Shown here one piece after another: positions 57,636-64,000 of a stretch of DNA of 64,000 nucleotides (the stretch's first letter is position 1; the number at the start of each line of letters is the position of its first letter). The stretch is taken from NCBI GenBank assembly GCA_000004695.1, contig CM000153.2, forward strand, positions 2,080,001 to 2,144,000, in the 5' to 3' direction. Under the pieces are notes generated by a model, which was given only the letters and a program-made list of their open reading frames with translations, was not told the DNA's origin and did no database searches. Position numbers and translations under genes: made by a program. Origin of the DNA: Dictyostelium discoideum (taxonomy: Eukaryota).

Positions 57636-57699
57636 ATGATAATGTTAATTAAAGTTTTCGTATTACTTCTTGTAGTTTATATTTTACACAATAGCGTAT

Positions 57700-57746
<47 letters not shown>

Positions 57747-59414
57747 GATTTCCCAAAACTAATTTCCAGTTTTAGTATAAAAAATATAAGAAATTAGATA
57801 AAAATGAATTAAAAGGACCAACTCCAATTCCAGTTTTAGGAAATCTTCATCAGCTATCAAGCTTACCACACCGAGATTTATCTAAAATGACAAAAGATTA
57901 TGGAGATATTTTCAGAGTTTGGTTTGCTGATTTGTAAGTTTTTTATTTTATTTTATTTTATTTTTTTTATTAATATTTTTATTATTTTCATTTCTATTAT
58001 TTTTTATTTCTTTTACTAAATTAACTTCTTTATTAGGTATACTGTAGTTATTTCAGATCCTGTTTTAATTCGTAAAATATATGTCGAAAATCACGAATCA
58101 TTTAGAGATAGACCAAAAATTCCTGTAAATATTTTTATTTAACTTGAAAAGAAATTTAATAATTAAATAAAATTTATTAATTATTTATTTCTAAAAATTA
58201 AAAAAAAAAAAAAGTCAATGAAATATGGTACATATTATCATGGTACAGCAGCATCAATGGGTGAAGATTGGGTTCGTAATAGAGGTATTGTTTCATCAGC
58301 AATGAGAAAATCAAATATTAAACATATTTATGAAGTAATTAATAATCAAGTTGATGTTTTAATGTCAACAATGAAAAAGTATGAAAAAAGATCAGAACCT
58401 TTTGAACCACGTTATTATATGACAAAGTATACAATGGCAGCAATGTTTAAATATATTTTCAATGAAGATATTGGCGAAGATGAAGATATTCATACTGGAG
58501 AGATTCAGAAAATAATGGGACCAATGAATCAAGTTATGGAAGATTTTGGTACTGGTTCATTATTTGATGTTTTAGAGATTTCACAGACATTTTATTTGAA
58601 ATGGTTAGAATTGACTGAAAAGAATTTCCCACTTTTATTGAAATTTTTTAATGGTAGATATGAACAACATCTTGAAACCATTAAACCGGAATCACCAAGA
58701 GATCTATTAGACATTTTAATCAATGAATATGGCACGAACACCCATGATGATTACTTGAATATCGCATCAACAGTTTTAGATTTCTTTTTCGCTGGTACCG
58801 ATACATCAAGTACAACATTGGAGTATTTATTCCTCATGATGGCAAACTATCCAGAGATTCAAGATAAAGTTCATCAAGAGGTCAAATCATATTTAAAACA
58901 AATTGGTAAAGATAAAGTTGAATTGAATGATAGACAATCATTACCATACGTCGTTGCAGTTATTAAAGAAACACTTAGATTCAAACCAGTTACACCATTT
59001 GGTGTACCACGATCTTGTGTAAATGAAATTACCATCGATGAAAAATACTTTATTCCAAAGGGTGCTCAAGTTATCATTAATTATCCATCAATTTTTGAGA
59101 ATGAAAAATATTTTAAAAATGCAAATCAATTTGATCCATCAAGATTCTTACAAACAACAACAACAAATACTGCATCAAATGAAGAATCTTCATTCAATTC
59201 AAATCTTGCATTCATTCCATTCAGTATTGGTCCAAGAAATTGTGTTGGTATGCAATTCGCTCAAGATGAATTGTTTTTAGCATTTGCCAATATTGTATTA
59301 AATTTTACAATTAAATCAGTTGATGGTAAGAAAATTGATGAAACTATATCATATGGAGTAACTTTAAAACCAAAAACTCGTTTTAAAGTTTTACTTGAAA
59401 AAAGATTAATTTAA
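57636..59414 (+). CDS. Cytochrome P450 monooxygenase. Exons: 57636..57695, 57776..57933, 58037..58124 and 58215..59414. Predicted length 501 aa.
   Basis: Exon 1 ([20 protein letters not shown]) is the membrane anchor. Exon 2 encodes [26 protein letters not shown] (a PPGP-like hinge) and FRVWFADL. Exon 4 carries the I-helix [15 protein letters not shown], the ExxR motif ETLRFKP and the heme loop [18 protein letters not shown]. Donors are GTATGT, GTAAGT and GTAAAT. Acceptors are TTTTAG|, TATTAG| and AAAAAG|. All phases are consistent. Confidence 0.75.
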
Positions 59415-59700
59415 ATTTAAAATAAAAAAAAAAAAAAAACTAATTTAAAAATATATAAATATATTAAATATTTATATATATTTTAAGTTCACTTTACAAT
59501 ATTAAAATTAAAATTAAAATTTATTATTAAAATTTATTTATTTATATATATATATTTATATGTTTAATTTTTTTTTCCAATAATTCAATCCACTACTATA
59601 CTTTAAGTGTTTTGATTTTTAAATTTTTTAAATTAGTTTTTTAATTTTTTTTTTTTTTTTTTTGTATTAGTTTTTTTCTTGTTTTTTTTTTTTTTTTTTT

Positions 59701-59780
59701 TGGTTTGTTTTGATTTGATTTGATTTGGTTTGGTTTGGTTTGTTTAGATTTGATTTGATTTGATTTGATTTGGTTTTGTA
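59701..59780. repeat. (GATTT/GGTTT)n pentanucleotide satellite.
   Basis: tggtttgttttgatttgatttgatttggtttggtttggtttgtttagatttgatttgatttgatttgatttgg, lying 3' of the P450 gene. Confidence 0.85.
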
Positions 59781-59830
59781 AATTTTGGTTATTTATTATT
59801 TTTATTTGAACCAATAATTAATTAATTCAA

Positions 59831-60908
59831 TTAATTAATTGACTCTGGTGTAACTTTTCTTCTTGAAAAGGACATTTTAATTAAAAATAAAATAATGAAG
59901 AATTCTAAAACATAGAGTGGAGCGAATCTAATTAAAAAAAATATAATAATATTATTAATATTATTAATAAAAAAAATAAAATAATAATAAAATAAATACA
60001 TACAACTCATTAATTGAAATATAACGATATTCTAAATACAAGGTAAGGAAAACTAAGAAAATACATGAAGAAAAGATTAAAATTAATTTTGCAACCAATG
60101 GTAATATAGCATATTTGAAAACTCTTGAATCACATTCCTTATCTTCAGTCTTTGAATAAAATCTACAAAAAGCATCAGCTAATAATGATACTTCACCAAT
60201 ATATAATGGTAAAAATACAAATACCCAATGGAATGAACTTGGATCATTTAATTGGAACTATTTAATAATAATATAAATAATAATAATAAAAATATTAATA
60301 TATGTATATAATAATAATAATAAAATTAAAGAATAATAATTTTAAAAAGTTACTCTAATAAAAATAAAAGATGAAAATATTAATAATAATGCTGAACAAG
60401 TTTTAAAAGAATGTCTTGTTGAACGTGGTAAAGTTGGGTCTAAATGAGCTAAAACTAAAAATTCCAAAGAGATTAATTGGCATGGAATAAAGATATGGAA
60501 ATATTGGAAAGCATCACCACGATAATGTCTAATTACAATGGCAGCAATAAAGATTGAGAACCAAAGGAATGGAGCAATGACAAGACCACGATAAAAGTAA
60601 CGTTTTGTACGAGAGATTGTAATATCACGATATTTTTGAATGATACGAATCTCTTTCATAAAATGTTTACCAATTGGGTGAAAGAAACAGGGTATTGATA
60701 TAGCCATAATTGGCACCCATACTGCATACCATGGGAATGATACAACACCGGCAAATTGTAAATGTAAAAATATTGTGGTTGTAACTACTCCCAAACATGC
60801 AAATATCATACCAACCTTTATCAATGGTGATGGTTTATTCACTGTAACAAGATCAACTTGATCTTGAATACTATCACTTGGATTTGGATTTAATAAAGTT
60901 TGTAACAT
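59831..60908 (-). CDS. TMEM185-like multi-pass membrane protein. Exons on the minus strand: 60908..60354, 60257..60004 and 59927..59831. Predicted length 301 aa.
   Basis: VSFPWYAVWVPIMAISIP resembles human TMEM185A IQWSYWAVFAPIW, SLEFLVLAHLDPTLP resembles LTFEILLVHKLDGHN, and YLEYRYISINEL resembles FLREYGNISYDL. The terminal exon MSFSRRKVTPESIN resembles MFRKKARVVITQSPG. Exons 2 and 3 are short and absent from the ORF track. Donors are aga|GTAACT, which is unusual, and tt|GTATGT. Acceptors are AAATAG| and TTAATTAG|. Confidence 0.5.
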
Positions 60909-61099
60909 CCTTTTTTTTTTTTTTATTAAATTTTAATTATTAATAATTAAGTGTTTAGGAAAAAAAAAATAAAAATTAAAAAAAAATAAAAATCTTATTA
61001 ACAATAATATATTTTTAAGTTTATTGTTATTTATGATTAATAAATGAGTATATTGTGTGGATATTTTTTTTTTTTTTTTTTTTAAAATTAATTAATTTT

Positions 61100-61138
<39 letters not shown>

Positions 61139-62582
61139 GTCCGATGCCAAAAAAGTTAAAATTGTTTAACTAAAAAAATAAAAAGGGTAAAAATTTTTAC
61201 GAAAAATTAAAAATAGAAAAAAAAAACTAATATGGTTATGTGATCCACAATATTTTTTTGATTTTTTGTTTTTTTTTGTATAAAATATAATATTAGAAAT
61301 AATGATTTAATTTTTTTTAATATTACTAGTTTTAAACAATTTTTTGATGATGTTATAAAATTATAATTAAAATGAATTTTTATTTTTATTTTTTTTTTAT
61401 TTATGGACAATAAATCAGTTGGTAAAAAAAAAAAAATAAAAAAAAATAAAAAAATAAAAAAAAAATAAAAAATAAAAAAAAATAAAAAAAAAATGTTTTT
61501 TAGCGTTTTGTAAGAAAAGAGAAGATCTTTTGGTTATACGCACTTATTTTTTGACTTTTTATTTTTATTTTTTTTTTTTATTTTATTTTTGAATCAAAAT
61601 TTTATATGACAAATCTTCTTTATTGGGTACTAATTTTTTTTTTTTTATTAAGATTTTTTTTTTTTTGTGATTTTTTTGAAATAAAATAAAAAAAAAAAAA
61701 CACAAAACCCACAATTTACCCCACAAGTAAAAAATTATATTTTATGAAGAGAAGGAGTATAGTTTCAACATTACTAATTCAATTACCTTTTAATATGTTT
61801 TATTCTATTTTATTTTTTTTTTTTTTTTTTTGATTTTACACTCTCCAATTTTGAAAGAATAAAAAAAAAAAAAATTAATTGTTAATTGAATTATGAGAGA
61901 TTTAAAAAAAAAAAAAAAAAAAAAACCAAAATACAAAAAAAAGAAGATATTGCGCCGTAAAAAAAGAAAAAAACAATTAATAAGGCTAAATTAACCTCTT
62001 TTATAATTAAAATATTATTAATTATTGGAATTTAAAACAACAGTATCGTTTTTATATTTTTTTAATATTAAAAATTATATTTACAATTATTTTTTTTATT
62101 TTTTATATATACATTTATTTCAATAGGGGTTGATAATTAAAAAAAGAATTATTATGTTTAAAAAAAATAAATAAAAAAAAAAAAATAAATATAAAAATAT
62201 AAAAAATAAATAAAATAAAAATATTAATAAATTTTTGGAATGATATTAAAATAAAAATAATATTTTTCACCTCAATTATTTGCTTGAAAAAAGAGATGGG
62301 TCAACAATCCAAAATCTCCAAAAAAAAAAAATAAAAAAAAAAATAAAAATAGAATAAAAAAAAGTTAGTACTGATACAAATTATTTTTAATAAAAAAAAA
62401 AAAAATATTCACCACGTGGGTACGGAGTTGTATTTTTTTTTTTTTTCTATTTTTAACCACATATAATATTAATTTTATAAAAATAATTAAAATGATTAAT
62501 CTTTTCCACTTTTTAATTATTTATTTGTTGTTAAAATTAAATTTGGAATCTTTTTTATTTTTTATTTATTTTTTATTATATC

Positions 62583-62665
62583 TTATTTTTTAGGTGTTAT
62601 ATTATTTGTATTCGGTACAACTGGGAATTGAGATAAAGTTTCTAAAAAATTATTGTTACTATCAC

Positions 62666-62718
<53 letters not shown>

Positions 62719-64000
62719 GTATTAGTATTGATAAGAGAGGATGGTTGTATTGAATTTGATGCTTGTTGTTTATCTTTATCATTATCATGATTATTATTAT
62801 CGATATTATTATTATTAGTGTTAATAATATTGCTTTCTAAAATAACACTATTATTATTTTTATTATTATTATTATTATTATTTTTATTTATACTTGAATC
62901 GGTTGAATTTATATTTGTAGCTGATGATAAACCAACTCTTGAGCCACCTATTGCTATTTTACCCCTTCTAATTGGTTGAATAACAACAGTTGATGAACCA
63001 TTATTATTATTATTATTATTATTATTAGTATTGTTGTTTTTTAAATTATTACAATTATTATTATTATTACTATTCACATTAATATTATTGTCATTATTAT
63101 TGACCACAATATTATTATTATTTATATTTATATTTTGATTATTATTATTAATATTATTATTATTATTATTTACAGTATTATTATTATTAATATTATTATT
63201 ATTATTTTTATTATTAATATTATTAATATTATTAACATTATTATTAACACCACCATTTAAATTTAAATTATTTAAATTTGGTAAAGATGATTGAGTTTGA
63301 TGTAAATTTAATTGTTGATTAAATTCTTCTTGATTATTACGATATTCGTGATAATTTTGATGTTTTGTAACTTTTGGTAATTGTTGTTTTAGAATTTGCA
63401 TTTCTTTTTGTTGTTGAAGTAGAGATTTATTTTGTTTTCTCCATTCGAAATTATTAACGTCAGGACCATTCTCTAGTAGTTGAACGATATTAGTTAATCG
63501 AGAATTCTTTGCTAAATCTAAAGGAGTACCTCTTTTTGAAATGATATTCCATTGAGCACCATTTTGAAGTAAGGTAGACACGATTTGAGCTCTACCGGCC
63601 GTGACTGCATAATGGAGTGATGTTTCTTTACCGGCAGTGATTGCATTTATGTTGGCACCATTTTGAATTAAAAACAAAACTACATCATTATGACCTCTAA
63701 ATGAAGCAGAGTGTAATGGTGTTTCACCATGTCTACTACCTACGCTAATATCTAAACCTTTGGCAATAATTGAAAGAATTGCCTCTTTTCTCTTTTCTGT
63801 TAATGGATGTCTAACCAAATAATGAAGTACTGAAGCACCATCTTTATTCTTTAACTTTACATCGATATCGTCAATGGCTAATAAAAGCTTACAAATATCT
63901 GCATTTCCTAAACAACATGCACTATGTAAAGGTGTCCAACCATTCACATCAACATCATTAATTGAGTAGGCTTCTGTGAGTAATACTTTTTCAACTTGGT
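62583..64000 (-). CDS. Ankyrin-repeat protein. The N-terminus lies beyond the window's 3' edge. A long Asn-rich C-terminal region follows the repeats.
   Basis: The minus-strand ORF is open through position 64000 (...EKVLLTEAYSINDVDVNGWTPLHSACCLGNADICKLLL). At least four ankyrin repeats are present, with GWTPLH, GASVLHYL, GETPLHSASFRGHNDVVLFLIQNGANIN and GKETSLHYAVTAGRAQIVSTLLQNGA motifs. The ORF-track M is a GTG. Confidence 0.65.

Noticed and set aside
59701-59780. The (GATTT/GGTTT)n repeat, considered as a telomere-like sequence.
   Set aside because: It is internal to the window, flanked by unique genes, and does not resemble the known Dictyostelium chromosome-end structure. It is an ordinary pentanucleotide satellite.

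Overview
The window is nuclear genomic DNA with every hallmark of Dictyostelium discoideum. It is about 20-25% GC. Coding regions carry long in-frame (CAA)n and (AAT)n tracts that encode poly-Gln and poly-Asn. Intergenic regions are filled with homopolymer A and T runs. Introns are short (70-190 nt), extremely AT-rich and start GTATGT, GTAAGT or GTAAAT and end in AG. No prokaryotic features are present (no operons, no CRISPR arrays). I recognise 23 protein-coding genes, about one per 2.8 kb, and most span two or more ORF-track ORFs that I joined by locating splice sites by eye and checking frame.

Families recognised from the sequence: an FN3-domain poly-Q protein, a B-box/FNIP-repeat protein, a sphingosine kinase (760 aa, possibly sgkB), proteasome ATPase Rpt4 (psmC6), a Q-rich nuclear protein, an FH1-FH2 formin without GBD/FH3 (935 aa, possibly forI), a kinesin-4 with C-terminal WD40 repeats (1873 aa, probably kif8), gluconokinase, TMEM184, a second FNIP-repeat protein, an alpha-1,3-fucosyltransferase, ribosomal protein S13 with an 8-nt terminal micro-exon, a G-protein alpha subunit with a long poly-Asn C-terminal extension (403 aa, possibly gpaH), an LRR protein, splicing factor Cwc2, a cytochrome P450, a TMEM185-like protein and an ankyrin-repeat protein.

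The most unusual locus is a roughly 3.1-kb direct tandem duplication at 34.97-40.7 kb. Each copy carries a three-exon gene for a GBP/atlastin-like P-loop GTPase fused to an unrelated C-terminal domain, and the two copies share conserved upstream non-coding blocks. No rRNA or tRNA gene and no transposable element could be supported. Coordinates come from reading the printed sequence by hand, so splice junctions may be off by a base or two.
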